64,000 bases of DNA from the human T2T-CHM13v2.0 reference genome, Homo sapiens. Numbering within the stretch: the stretch's first letter is position 1; the number at the start of each line of letters is the position of its first letter. The stretch is from assembly GCF_009914755.1 (NCBI RefSeq), contig NC_060929.1, one strand, 5' to 3'. Position numbers and translations under genes: made by a program. Below, one piece after another: positions 42,801 to 56,500 of this stretch. Below the pieces are notes generated by a model. That model searched no databases and was not told where the DNA came from. It saw only the letters and a list, made by a program, of their open reading frames with translations.

Positions 42801-44370
42801 TTATATTAGTTTAATAAAATATTATCCACATTTTTCTCATTGCTTCACTTACTTTTCTAAGCTATCACTTCTCTTTTTTCATGTGCCTCAGGCACTCCTT
42901 GCAATGCCAGGGGCAAATGAACTGTACATATTGTGCTAGGGTGCAAAGGGACCTCTTTTGACACTTTTTTCTTGAGGTTCCATCATTTTTAGCAACATCA
43001 GTGTGAAGAATGGAGAATTTTAACTTGCCTTTAAGCTTTACTGAATAGTCTATAAAGGAAGGGTTAGAGCCAGTTTTAAAATGTAAAGCTGTGGAGCTCC
43101 ACAGAAGAATGATGCATTTACTTTTGTCTTAGCCCATACTAGTGCACTCTGTTTTTCCACAAACCTACAAAAAGTCATCTTAAGCAGTATGGTACTCAAA
43201 TCTGAGAGAGAGAAGAGAAATCCCATTTTGGAATCATGAGAACTGTTTGATTCAATTAACCTCTGAATATGGGAGAACTTGATTATAGTTTCAGATTCTT
43301 GAATTACATCATGTATTTGTTACTGAATATTTTATTCTTCCCATAAATATCCTTTAAAGGCTTAGAAGTTGAATAAAGGAATCAATTTATTAAGAGAGTC
43401 CTGAAATCTTTGAACATGTAAAGCATTTTAAAAATATGTGAGCTGGATCAAATGTAAACACATTTGGAAAATATTTTGAAAAATTTGCCTTCTTGTGCTC
43501 ATTAATTTAAAAATATTAATAAATGGCAGATGATATTTTTATACCATAAATAAAGCAAAATACATTAATTTATTCAATAGACATTTGTTAACTTTATATT
43601 AAAAGGGGAGGGAAAGAGAAATAAGGACAAGGATTTGTTAGGGTTGAATTAAGCAAGAGGTTCAGATTGTTCAAATCAACTTAGAAGAATTTGATATCTT
43701 ACTTAGGAATCAAGGGTTCAAGTACCCAAGAGGTACAGGATAAGTAAGGAGAAGTCTGGGACATTTCACATGGCTCTTCTTAACGCTTTCTTTCCACATT
43801 GGACAAGCACTCTTTGGTCCAGAATGACAGATGAGGTCTGCGAGTGAGGTTTGTGGGTCTCCTCACATAGTGGTCCATAATACTTCTGTTATGAAATATC
43901 TGTTTTAGATCCAGATCATTATATATCTTATTTAACATTCTTCAATAAGCCACAAGTTCATCAGAGTTCATTTGAGAAAGCTAAGACATGGGTCCGGCCT
44001 ATATGTGTATAGTGTTTTTAAAGTCTCAGTTTAAACTTAAAGCATAGAGTATACTCATCCATTTTAATTCTTAGCTTTAAAAATTTTCTTACTTAAAGGT
44101 TTTTTTCTTAAAATGAGGTATACATTTTCCTTCTTTCTTTAGTCATACTATCAAACTCTTTATATGTTTTTTTTTTTTCACTTACTTTTTCCTGGGGCTG
44201 TCAGTATGTTTATATTCTTGTATTTTAATAGGCAGCTGTTACTCTTAAAAAAAGATAAAAGTACCTGATCATGTAAATATTAAATATAGTTTTTAAAGTG
44301 TTTTTGTAAAGTCATGACAAAGCAGATTAATAAATGTGTTCTAAATGTTATGAGATTTTTAACTTTCCAG

Positions 44371-44473
44371 GCAGACACAGGTATACCTCGAAATGGTTCC
44401 TCACCATCAGTCCTCAATTGTTAATCCAGCCAAAGAAGAGTTCCACACAGGTATGAGATTTCACCAAATTAAG
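44371..44473 (+). other. Candidate 103-nt internal exon (alternative donor at 44450/44451)
   Basis: Acceptor TTTTTAACTTTCCAG|G, consensus donor AAG|GTAAGT; one open frame (QTQVYLEMVPHHQSSIVNPAKEEFHTGMRFHQIK) that I do not recognise. Confidence 0.35.
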
Positions 44474-47400
44474 GTAAGTTGTGTAGCATTAAACATATTT
44501 TCTCTCTATACTAGTTGCCCATATGTATAATTTATCCAAAGGACTCCAACTATTTATTTTTCTACTCGTAAAAGAATCTTATCTTTCATTGGCATAAATA
44601 TGTAGGGTACATGGAGAATTCTTACTGAGAGAAGTTTGCCTTCAGCTAGACTACAGGCAAGTGGAGATGATCAGATAATATTTTAGAAAGAAAGCAAAAC
44701 AAAATAAACAAAAAACCATAGTTTTTTTTTAGTAGATCTTTAACTCATAGAGTATAAGTTACCTAGAGAAAAACAAGAGCCATGTGTATTAATTTTTAGA
44801 ATTTTGTGTGACTCTTTAAATTCATTGGGGCATCTAGGAAAAGTGGAAGGTTCTAATCTGGCCTAAATTTTAGGTTAATTATATTTTCTCACAAATTTAA
44901 TTACACAGTTTTAATTAGAGAAATACCAGTATCTAGTTGGCAGGTGGTTCACTGGAACTAGTTAGTAATTAAATACATATAATGCCCCCCAAAGCCAAGC
45001 AGACCAAAACAAATGAAAAAATTTAAAAATTGTTTAGGAAAATTGAACTTTATAATATGGTAACAATTGGTTTTGTCCTGTAAGATTTAGAAAACTTGCA
45101 TTTGTGTCCACAAATGTATTAATGTTTACAATATATAATTTTAAAAATTATTACAAATGTCATTTTATTGATTTTAAATGTCTTTCATATTATGAAAATA
45201 GCTTCATTTAATGCTTACAATAAAGAATATTTACAGTACACTTCTTTGTTTTCTAAAAAACCCAATATGCAGCTTTACTCTGTTTAGAAATTTTATAGCA
45301 TTGTAGCTAATATTATGTTGTGTTTTTAAAATAGTTCATTGAACACTTGCACTAAAAAACAATTTAGTTTGTAACATACCTCATGCCACTTGAAGACCAC
45401 AATTGTACATTTATTTTCTCCCTTATTCTCATATGTCCTAAAGCCTGCTTTCTAAGTAGCTGTACGCCAAAATTTGTTGATGTCTCCCTGCATAGTTGTA
45501 GCGTCATCTTCATTTCTCTCAGTAGAGCAGATGAAGAGAGGAAATACAATTCAGGAAATGAACCATTGATAGGAGATTTGTTGTGATGAGGATCACTTCA
45601 CGTTGTGCTGTATCAATTGTATAAGGTACAAATGATACCGAAAATATAAAGGAGATAATTCAACAAATTTGTACCATTCCTGTCAACAAATAATTGCCTG
45701 TAGTCCTGAAACTGTGTGACTCTGTTATCCTTTCATAATAATTTTCCTAATAGAAAAAAATAACAAAGTAAATAAATGCAGCTATTTATTAGTCTATAAG
45801 GAAGTCTAACCATTCTTAACATATATAAACATATTTTTGTAAGATTAAAAATATATATGTGGAAAAATGTTTGCAATCTTAGAATGGGAAAATTTCCAAG
45901 TCAAGATATGAGACAAAGACTTAAAATAGAAAATTAAAAGATCTTAATGATAAAGACAAAAGAAAACAAAAACTCTAAACAAACAAAAAAGTATTTAAAA
46001 TATAAATGAATCTATATAAACCAAAATATCTGTTATTATACATGTAAAAATCCTAGTGATCATATTCCTTGGTTCCTGTCTATGTGGAAGTGAGGATTTT
46101 AAATTTTATTTATATACTGTGTACTGTAGCAAAATAATATAAAAACAAACATAGTTATTTACAAAAGTAGAAAGTAAGATTATTAAGCACTTATCTTAAA
46201 AACCAAGTAAAACAAACGTGGTGACTTTTTTTTAATTGTCTTCATAATTCAGATTTCCAAGTTATTTTACTCTCTTTATCTGAGTTTATACTGTAAAAAG
46301 ACCTGAAAAAATAAAACTATCTCTTTAAATTGTGAGATTGGTATGCAAACATCTAGCCATTCTTTTTGAAGTCTTCTCAAAATTCCAATAGCTTACAGTT
46401 TTAGAATGACAGACAAAAATATCCCCTTCACAGGAAGTTGAGTGACTTCACTGAATTCTATTAACATTTATAAAATATCTCAGTAAACCTATATGCTAAT
46501 GAATATATGAGAGAGACAGGTGTTTTGTTTGCATTGCTCTAAAAGAATATCAACTATTAAAGTTCTGTGACTTCTGCTGAAAACTAAGATTTGAAAATAA
46601 GATCATGTCAGCTTAATGAACACAATGGCCCAGGAGAATGACTTCTACAATTAAGATTTGAAAATTCCTTTCTTAAATGAAATTGGCATCACATACACCA
46701 ATTGGACAAAAATAATTTCAAATGTTGATATGGCTCTATATTTAAATCTATTGACTTTAAAATGTACAGCATGAGTCAGAACAACTGGTGCTTTTTCCTT
46801 GCACATTGAAGCCAGAAGTCTCTACAGATAGGAAAATAATTCTGTCCTGGGTCGTGTCCCATTTTTTTCCCCTCCAGAAGTACTTAAAGTACTTCTTAAA
46901 AACTCTTTTGGCTAACTTGTGAAAAAAGTTGACAGGTTTTATCTTCCAGTGATTTTTATGAAACAACTTTTTGAGAACAAAATCATGTCTTTAATGAATA
47001 TGTATTTGTATTGAATATTTTTACGTTTTGCTCTTATGTTGCCAGAGCCAGAGGTTGGAATTATAAGCGTTCCAGAGAGAATTTCTTTGAAATATATAAG
47101 AAAGGAAAGGATAATGGAAGAAAATGTTTTTATCAGCCAACTGCCCTCTTGGCCAACATATATTAAAAATACTTTTGTTAACTATTTTGATATCATGAAT
47201 ATCTAGATAAAATATGCAGGTCAAGAAATACTTATTTCATGGTAACAGTTACATACAACAACAAATATGTTCAATTACTATTAGTATTTAACATAGATAT
47301 TTATGCTGAATTTCTGAATCAGTGATCAATGAAGGGTTCTTTTCTGTTGTAAAATTTTACGTTTTGAAGTAAAATGTAAATACTTTGAAATGCACTGTTT

Positions 47401-48810
47401 TTAAATAGGCAGTTCGGTGAATTTTAACTAATGTAACAAATCCTTGTAGCCAGCGCTTCAATCAAGATATATTACCTGTGCATCTCACCAGTTAATTCCT
47501 GTTCCCTTATATTAGGCAACCACTGTTCTGATTTCTATGGTCACAGGCTAGTTTCACTTGTTCTTGAACGTCACATATAAAATCATACACATGTAACATC
47601 ATACATATTGAATGTAGGAGAAGCATTGATGTTATTGCATGAATTAGTAGTGTATCTTTTTATTGATAAATAGTACTTCTTAATATAAATATACTATAAT
47701 TCACTTATCCATTCTTCTGGTGACAGGCATTGAGTGATTTACAGTTTTTAACAGTTATTAATAAAGTTGCTGTAAAATGTGCATACAAATATTTTGGCAT
47801 AGATATATTTTTATCACATAAATTTGCAAGAGTAGAATTGTCAGATCCTCGGGTCAGTGTAGGCTTAGCTGCTAAGTGGTTTTCCAAAGTGATTGAACCA
47901 TCTTAAAATTCCACCATCAGAGTAAGAACATTCTACTAGCTCTACCTCCTTGCCAACATTTGAAATTTTTAGTTTGTAAAATTTTAGACATTTTAATATG
48001 TATGTAATGATATCTTAATGTAATTTAAATTTTCTTCATTACCAATAATATTGAGTATTTTTCATGTATTAATTGACCATTCATATATCTATCTTTGTGA
48101 AATTAATATATTATTTTGGGCTACTTTTTATTTGGCTGCTTATCATTTAACTCCTGAGTTATAGAATTTCTGTCTCTATTTTAAATATGAGTCCTTTGTG
48201 AGTTTAGATCTGAGAATAGTTTCACTTACTGTATGTCATCTTTTATTTTCTTAATGGTGTCTATTGACAAGCAGACATTTTAACTTTGATGTTGTCTAAT
48301 TTATTAATTTCTATGGCTAATGCTATCTATATACCCTCTCAAAGAGATCTCTGCTTTCCCCTAGTTTGTAAAGATATTCTCCTTAAATTTCTTTTCCTAT
48401 GCTGTAACTTATGCATTTATATCTATGATTCATGTCTAGTTAAATTTTACAAATGGCGTGAAATGGAAATTGTGACTTATTAATGTTTTGTGGGTGGTAT
48501 GAGTTTTTGAGTTTTGAGTTTCATGAATTTTGACAAACGTATTTATCAAATATATTTGTGAGATGAGGGTTGTGGGTTATTTTTTTTTTCCCAACGGATA
48601 TCAAGTTGTTCCACCCTTTGTTGAAAATACTTCGTTCCTCCATTAAAATGCTTTGATGTCTTTATTAAAAAGGAATTCATAGTATAAATATGGGTCTTTT
48701 CTGTACTGTCTATTCTCTTCCCCTTATCTGTTTGTCCATCTTTATGCCAATATTTTACTCTCTTCATTACTGTAGCTATACAATAAATCTTGAAATTAGG
48801 TAGTATAACT

Positions 48811-48930
48811 ATGGGTGCAGAAAACCACCATGGCACATGTATACCAATGTATACCCACAAACCTGCATGTTCTGCACATGTAATCCAGAACTTAAAGCAT
48901 AATAAAAAATTAAATTAAATTAGAAAAAAA
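48811..48930 (+). mobile_element. L1PA extreme 3' end (~120 bp)
   Basis: ATGGGTGCAGAAAACCACCATGGCACATGTATAC...AGAACTTAAAGCATAATAAAAAA. Confidence 0.88.
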
Positions 48931-49011
48931 TTATTTTTTGGCCTTTATATAATTATATTCATTTTAGAAACAATCTATGTCTTTTTCTTTCTCTCAATAT
49001 ATAAACATATG

Positions 49012-49288
49012 GGCCAGGTGCAGTGGGTCACACCTGTAATCCCAACACTGGGAGGCTGAAGCGGGAGGATCGCTTGGGGTCAGGAATTTGAGACCAGCCT
49101 GGACAACATAGAAAGTACTCATCTCTACAAAAAGGCAAAAATTAAGTGGGCATGGTGGTGTGCCCCTCTAGTTCCAGCTACTTAAGCCCAAGAGGTCAAG
49201 GCTGCAGTGAGCCAAATCATGCCACTGCACCCCAGCCTGGACAATGGAACAAGACACACTGTTTCAAAAAATAAGCAAATAACTAAAA
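49012..49288 (+). mobile_element. AluJ
   Basis: GGGAGGATCGCTTG, CAACATAG, GTCAAGGCTGCAGTGAGCC diagnostics. Confidence 0.92.
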
Positions 49289-49291
49289 ATA

Positions 49292-49435
49292 TGAATACAT
49301 GTATATATGCACACATGTATACAGATCTGTATCTGTATATGTATATATGTATATATGTATACATGTGTATCTATGTCTATACATATATGTACATATATAC
49401 ACACATGCACATGCAGATATACATATATGTATATC
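49292..49435. repeat. Degenerate (TATG/TACA)n simple repeat
   Basis: Seen directly after the AluJ tail. Confidence 0.85.
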
Positions 49436-50385
49436 CTATTGAAATTGAGTTGGATCTATAGATCAATTTGGGAAGAATTGGCATATGTATGTGGTATATA
49501 TCTTCATTTATTTATTGTTGATCTTCTCTCAGCAGTTTGCTATTGTTTGTATGATTTTTGACACATGAATGGAATTGCTTTTTTATTTTTATTTTCATTT
49601 TTATTTGTTTGCTGCAAGTAAATAGAAATACAACTGACGTTTGTTTAGGAGTCTTATACACTGTAACTTTCCTAAACCCACCATTAGTTCTTGTATTTGC
49701 TTTGTAGATTCCTTGGGTTTCTTTTTTTCCTAGAATATTATTTCCTCTATAAATTGAAGCAATTTTATTTCTTCTATTCCAAAATGTATTTGTTTTCCTT
49801 GACCTATGTCACTGGTAAAACCTCTAATAAAATATTGATAAAAATGGAGATGTTGAGAGTACACATCTATTCATTGTTTTGGCTCTTAGGGAGAACAAGT
49901 ATAGTATTTCATTATTAAGTACAAAGTTAGCCGTAAATTTTTTGGTTTATGCCCATTGCAAATTGAGGAAGATTTCTCGTATTCTATTTTATTATCAAGA
50001 GTGGGTACTACATGTTATCAAGTGCTTTCTCTGTATCTATTAAGATGGCTAATTTCTTCCTTTATTCTGTTAATATGGTGAATTACACGACTCAATTTCA
50101 AATATTAAAATATCCTTACATTTTTTTTTATTTTTATTGAGGTATGATTGCAAATCAAGTTCTATATATGAAAGCTAGACACTTTGATGTTTTGGTACAC
50201 ATATACATTGTGAAATCATTCCTGCAATCATGCTAATTACCTTACACAATTAGCTCTGTGTGTGTGTCAGTGTGTAGGGATGTGGGTGGGTGGGATCAGA
50301 ATATTTAAGATCTACTCTCTCAGCAAATTTCAAATGTACCATACATTATTATTAACTAAATTCCCCATGCTGTACAGAACTTATT

Positions 50386-53100
50386 TATTTATTTTTTCTA
50401 TCCTTACAACCATCTTTATTTTTAAAAATTTTTTAAGTTTTAGGTTCAGGGGTACAAATGCAGGTTTGCTACATAGGTAAACTTGTGTCATGATTTGTTG
50501 TACAGATTACTTCGTCATATAGGTATTAAGCCTAGTACCTACTGGTTATTTTTCCCAGTCCTCTCCCTCCTCTCAACCTCCGACCTCTGAAAGCCCCAGT
50601 GTGTATTTTTCACTTCTATGTGTCCATGTGTTCTCATCATTTAGCTCTCACTTATAAGTGAGAACATGCGGTATCTGGTTTTCTGTTCCTGTGTTAGTGT
50701 GCTAAGGGTAATGGCCTCCAGTTCCACCCATATCCCTACAAAGGACGTGATCTCGCTCTCTTTATGGCTATAGTACTCCATGGTGTATATGTACCACATT
50801 TTCTTTGTGCAGTCTATCATTGATGCGCATTTATGTTAATTCCATGTCTTTTCTATTGTGAATAGTGCTGCAATGAACATATGTGTGCATGTGTCTTTAT
50901 AACAGAATGATTTATATTCCTTTGGATATATACCTAATAATGTGGTTGCTGAGTAGAATGCTATTTCTGTCTTTAGGTCTTTGAGGAATTGCCACACTGT
51001 CATCCACAATGGCTACACTAATTTACACTCCCACTAACAGTGTATAAGTGTTCCCTTTTCTCCACGACCTTACCAGTATCTGTTGTTTTTTAACTTTTTA
51101 GTAATAGCCATTCTGACTGGTGTTAGATGGTATCTCATTGTGGTTTTGATTTGCATTTCTCTAATGATCAGTGATGTTGAGGTCTTTTTTTTTTTTTGTT
51201 TACAAATGATTGCTGGATGCATGTATGTCTTCTTTTGCCAAGTGTCTGTTCATGTTCTTTGCCTACTTATTTATGGGATTGTTTTTTTCTTGTAAATTTG
51301 CTTAAGTTCCTTATAGATGCTTGATGTTAGACCTTTGTTGGATTCATAGTTTGCAAGATTTTTCTCCCATTCTCTAGGTTGTCTGTCTACTCTGTTGACA
51401 GGTTTTTTCACTGTGCAGAAGCTCTTTCATTTAATTAGATCCCATTTGTCAATTTTTGCTTTTGTTGCAATTGCTTTGGGTGTCTTCTTCATGAAATCTT
51501 TGTCTGTGTCTATGTCCTAAATGGTATTGCCTATGTTGTCTTCCAGAGTTTTTTATATTATAGTTTTGCGTTGCATATTAACTTTAATCCATCTTATTTT
51601 AATTTTTGTATTGGTGTAAGGAAGGGGTCTAGTTTCAACCTCCTGCATATGGCTAGCCAGTTATCCCAGCACCATTTATTGAGAAAGGTTTTTGTCAGGT
51701 TTGTTGAAGATCAGATAGTGGTAGGTGTGTGGTCTTATTTCTGGGTTCTCTGTTCTGTTTTATTGGTCCATATATCTGTTTTTGTACCAGTACCAGGCTG
51801 TTTTGGTTACTGTAGCCCTGTACTAGAGGTTGAAGTTAAATAGGGTGATGCCACTAGCTTTGTTATTTTTGTTTAGGATTGCTTTGGCTCTTGGGGCTCT
51901 ATTTTGGTTCCATTTGAATTTTAAAATAGCTTTCTCTAGTTCTGTGAAGAATGTCAATGTTAGTTTAATAGGAATAGCATTCAATTTGTTAATTGCTTTG
52001 GGCAGTATGGCCATTTTAATGATATTGATTCTTCCTATCCATGAACATGGATGTTTTTTCATTTGTTTGTGTCTCCTGTGATTTCTTTGAACAGTGGTTT
52101 GTAGTTCTCCTCGTAGAAATCTTTTACCTCCCTAGTTAGCTGTATTCTTACATATTTTATTCTTTTTGTGTTAGTTGTGAATGGGAGTTTGTTCCTGATT
52201 TGGCTCTCAGCTTGGCTGTTGGTGTATAGAAATGCTAGGGATTTTTGCACATTGATTTTGTGTACCAAAACTTTGCTGAAATTGTTCACCAGCTTAAGAA
52301 GCTTTTGTACAGAGACTATGGAGTTTTCCAGATATAGGATCATGTCATCTGCAAACACGGATAATTTGACTTCCTCTCTTACTGTTTGGATGGCCTTTAT
52401 TTACTTCTCTTGCTTGATTGCACTGGCCAGAACTTCCAATACTATGTTGAATAGAAGTGATGACAGAGGGCATCCTTGTCTTGTGCCAGTTTTCAAGAAG
52501 AACGTTTCTGGGTTTGGCCCATTCAGTATGCTGTTGATTGTGAGTTTGTTACATATGGCTGTTATTATTTTGAGGCATGTTCCTTCAGTACCAAGTTTAT
52601 TGAGAGTTTTTAACATGAATGGATGCTGAATTTTATCAAAAGCCTTTTCTGCATCTATTGAGATAATCCTGTGGGTTTTGTCTTTAGTTCTGCTTATGTG
52701 ACGAATCACATTTATTGATTGGCATATATTGGACCAACCTTGCATCCTGGGGATGAAGCCTACTTGATCATGTTGAATAAGGCTTTTGATATGCTGCTGG
52801 ATTCAGTTTGCAGGTATTTTGTTGATTTTTGCATCAATGTTCATGAAGGATATTGGCCTGAAGTTTTCTTTATTTGTTGTATCACTGCCAGGTTTTGGTA
52901 TCAGGCTGTTGCTGGCCTCGTAGAATGAGTTAGAGAGGAGTCCCTCCTCCTCAATTTTTTGGAATTGTTTCAGTAGGAATGCTACCAGTTCATCTTTGTA
53001 CATCTGGTAGAATTCAGCTGTGAATCTGTCTGGTCTTGAGATATTTTTGGTTGGTAGACTATGTATTACTCCTTTAATTTCAGAACTTATTGGTCTTTTC
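50386..53100 (-). mobile_element. 5'-truncated L1PA (L1PA13-like) with degenerate RT domain
   Basis: Minus ORFs give [55 protein letters not shown]; AGAACTTATT on both flanks (50376, 53109). Confidence 0.95.
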
Positions 53101-53487
53101 AGATCTCTAGAACTTATTCACCTTATAACTGAAAGTTCGTACCCTTTGACCAACATCTCCTCATATCCCCCAACTCCCAACTTCTTGTAACCACCATTCT
53201 ACTCTTTCTATGAGTTTGACTTTTTAAAATTCCATATATATGTGAGCACATGCATGTTTCCTTGGACCTATGGGTTTATCTATGCTTTTGCAAATGTCGC
53301 GACCTCCTTTTTCAAGGCTGAATGATATTCCCTTTTATGTATGTATGTATATACATGTATATGAGTTCTACTAATTTACCTTTTCACCAGAAATGCGTAA
53401 GTGTTCCGTTTTCTTTATATCCTCATCAAAGCTTGTTATCTTTTGACTTTTTGATAATAATTATTCTAATAGGTGTGAGGTAATATT

Positions 53488-53597
53488 TTTAAAAATATTT
53501 TATTTTAGTTTTAATTGACAAATCATAATTGCATATATTTATAGGATATAATGTAATATTTCTCTATATATAATACATTGTGGAATGATTAAATGAG
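53488..53597 (-). mobile_element. Short L1MA 3' tail nested in the larger L1MA
   Basis: TTTAATTGACAAATCATAATTGCATATATTTAT...ATACATTGTGGAATGATTAAAT, flanked by GGTAATA on both sides. Confidence 0.7.
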
Positions 53598-56500
53598 GGT
53601 AATACATTTTGATTTGCCTTTCTTTGATAATTTATAATGTTTAGCATATTTTCATATCCTAGTAACCATTTTTATGTTTTCTTTAGAAAAATGTCTGCTC
53701 AGGTCCTTTAGTCATTTTTTAATTGAGTTATTTTGCTTTTTTTTTTGCTATTTACTTGTTTGAGTTTCTTAGATATTTTGGATATTAACTCCTTATCAGA
53801 CATACGGTTTAGAAATATTGTCTCCCATTTCATGGGTTGCCCTTTCATTGTGTTGATTGTTTTCCTTGCTGTGCGGAAACATTTTAGTTTAATATGGTCC
53901 CACTTATTTGTTTTTGCTTTTATTGTCTATGCTGTGGGGTCATATCCAAAAAATAATTGCTAAGACCAACTTCATGAAACTTTGCCCAACGTTTTCTTCT
54001 AGGAGTTTTGTGGTGTCAGGTCTTATATTTAAATATTTAAACCATTTTTGTGTTGATTTTTGCCTATGATGTAAGGTAAGTATTCAATTTCATTTATTTG
54101 CATGTGGATATCCAATTTTCTTAACACCATTTATCAAGACTGTCCTTTGTGTATTATAGACAATTTTGTCAAAAATTAGTTGACTGTATACACAGGGTTT
54201 ATTTCTTTGCTTTCTATTTTATTCCATCAGTCTGTGTCTGTGTTCATGACAGTATCATACTGTTTTGATTACTATATTAATATAATTTGAAATCAGGAAT
54301 TCAACAGGATATTCAAAGGATCAGACACCGTGATCAAGTGAGATTTATCCCTAGGATCCTAGAATGGTTTAACATATGCAAGTCAATAAATGTGATATAC
54401 CACTTTAAGAGAACGAAGAACAAAAATCATGATCATCTCAATAGCTACAAAAAAAAGCACTTAGTAAATTCAACATACTTTCATAATAAAAACTCCTAAC
54501 AAATTAAGTATAGAAGGAATGTACTTCAATAAAATAAAGGCCAGCTATTGCAAGTCCGCAGCTAACATCATGCTAAATAGTGAAAAGGTGATAACTTTTC
54601 CTCTAAGATCGGGAACAAGTCACAAATGCCCACTCTTGCCACTTCTCTTCAGCATAGCACTGGAAGTCATAGCCAGAGCAACCAGGCAAGGAAAAAACCA
54701 TCCAAATTGGAAAAGAAGTAAAATGATCTCTGTTCCATATGACCTTATCTTATATACAGAAATGCTGAGACTACCAAAAATCTGTTAAAATTAATAAGTG
54801 AATTCAGTAATGTTGCAAGATACAAAATCAACACACAAAAATCAGTTGTGTTTCCATATGCTAACAATGAACTATCCAAAAAAATTAAGAAAATATTTTT
54901 ATTTACAATAGCATGAAAAAGAATAAAATGCTTGGAATAAATGTAACCGAAGTGGAGAAAAATGTGTACACTAAAAACTGTAAAGGACTGACAAATAAAA
55001 TTGAAGACACAAATGGCAACATATTCTATGTTCATGGGTCAGAAGGATGAATATTGTCAAATGTTTATGCCACTCAATGCAATCTACAGATTCAATGCAA
55101 TTTCTATCAAAATTCCAACAGCATCTTTCACAGAAATAGAAGAAACAATACTAAAATTTGCATGCAATTGCTAAAGACTCTAAATAGCTAATATAATCTT
55201 GAACATAAAACAATGCTAGAAACATCAAAATATTCTTAAAATATTCTTATGATAAGCATCACTTGGTTATAATGTATTATTTTACATTTTGCTAAATTTG
55301 AATTGCTTTTATTCACTTAAGATGTTTATGATAATGTTTCTAAAAGATACTAGAATTTTTTTTCTTGTAATATCTTTGTATGGCTTTGGCAACAGGCTTA
55401 TGCTCACCGTATAACAAGTTCAGAAGAAGTTTTCCCTCCTTTTTGATTAAGTAGATTGTGCAAGATTGGTATTATTCATCTCTTAAATATTTCATAAAAT
55501 TCAGCAGAGAAATAATTTGAGCATAAAGTTGTTTATTGGTATAAGACTGTTTATATTTCTAGTAGTAATTTCTCTTTTCCATCTTTTGGTTCATTATTTC
55601 TAGGGGTTTACCAATTTTACTATCTTAGCACATAGCCAACTTTTTGCTTTATTGATTTTGTATGCTTCTTGCCTTCTTCTATTCCATTAATTTCTACTGT
55701 CATATTTACCATTTCCTTTATTCGACTTGCTATCTTCTTAAATTGGAAAATGTTATTATTGATTTTAAGCCTTTCTTCTTTTGTAATATCAACAATTGAA
55801 GCTAATAACTTCCATTTTAGCATTTCATTAGCCACGTCACATATATCTGGATATGTTGCATTTAGTTATTAATTTAGTTCAAAATATTTTCTAATTTCTC
55901 TTCTGACTTCTTTGACCCATCAGCAATTTAGAAAATGTAAATTAATTTTAAATTATTTCTGTATTTTTAAATATTTTATTATTACTGGTTTTAATGTAAT
56001 TTTGAAATTTATTGAGACCAATTATATGACCCAACATATGGGCTATTTTTGTGAACATTTCATATATATTTGAAAATAATTTGTCTTCTATGTTGCATTT
56101 TATAACACAGGTATAACATTGCTATATAAACATTGCTATACAGCACCTGTATAACATTGCTATATAAATTATTATTACATTTATACAAATATATTATTTT
56201 ATGTATTCTGGGTACATTGTTCATTTCTCATTATAAAATCAATCCTTTTACCTCTAGTGAAACCCTTTTCTTTAATTTGTTTAATATTAATAAAGTCACC
56301 TTAGTTTTCTCCTTCATAAAGGTGGCATAATACGTTTTCAATCCCTTACATTTAGTCTACTTCTCATCTGTATGTTTAATTATATCAGTTATAGACTGCC
56401 TTTAATCATATTTTGTTTTCAAATAAATTCTAAAACTATCTGCTTTTAATATGAATGTTTTGTCCGTAGACACCTATCATTAATTATGTGTTTGGATTTA

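Larger units (their letters stand above)
50121..55227 (-). mobile_element. L1MA (L1MA9-like) with 5' inversion; minus parts 50121-50385 and 53101-54298, inverted plus-strand part 54299-55227
   Basis: Reverse 3'UTR TTTAAGATCTACTCTCTCAGCAAATTTCAA continues after the L1PA insert as AGATCTCTAGAACTTATTCA; plus-strand ORF2 peptides IQQDIQRIRHRDQVRFIP; TSD AAAATAT(C/T)CTTA at 50107 and 55227. Confidence 0.85.

Noticed and set aside
51083-55035. Cluster of ORFs including reverse-transcriptase motifs
   Set aside because: Broken L1 ORF2 fragments or their antisense frames; no intact RT, promoter or ORF1.
56100-56170. Three copies of AACATTGCTATA
   Set aside because: Small slippage duplication within decayed L1M; no functional indication.
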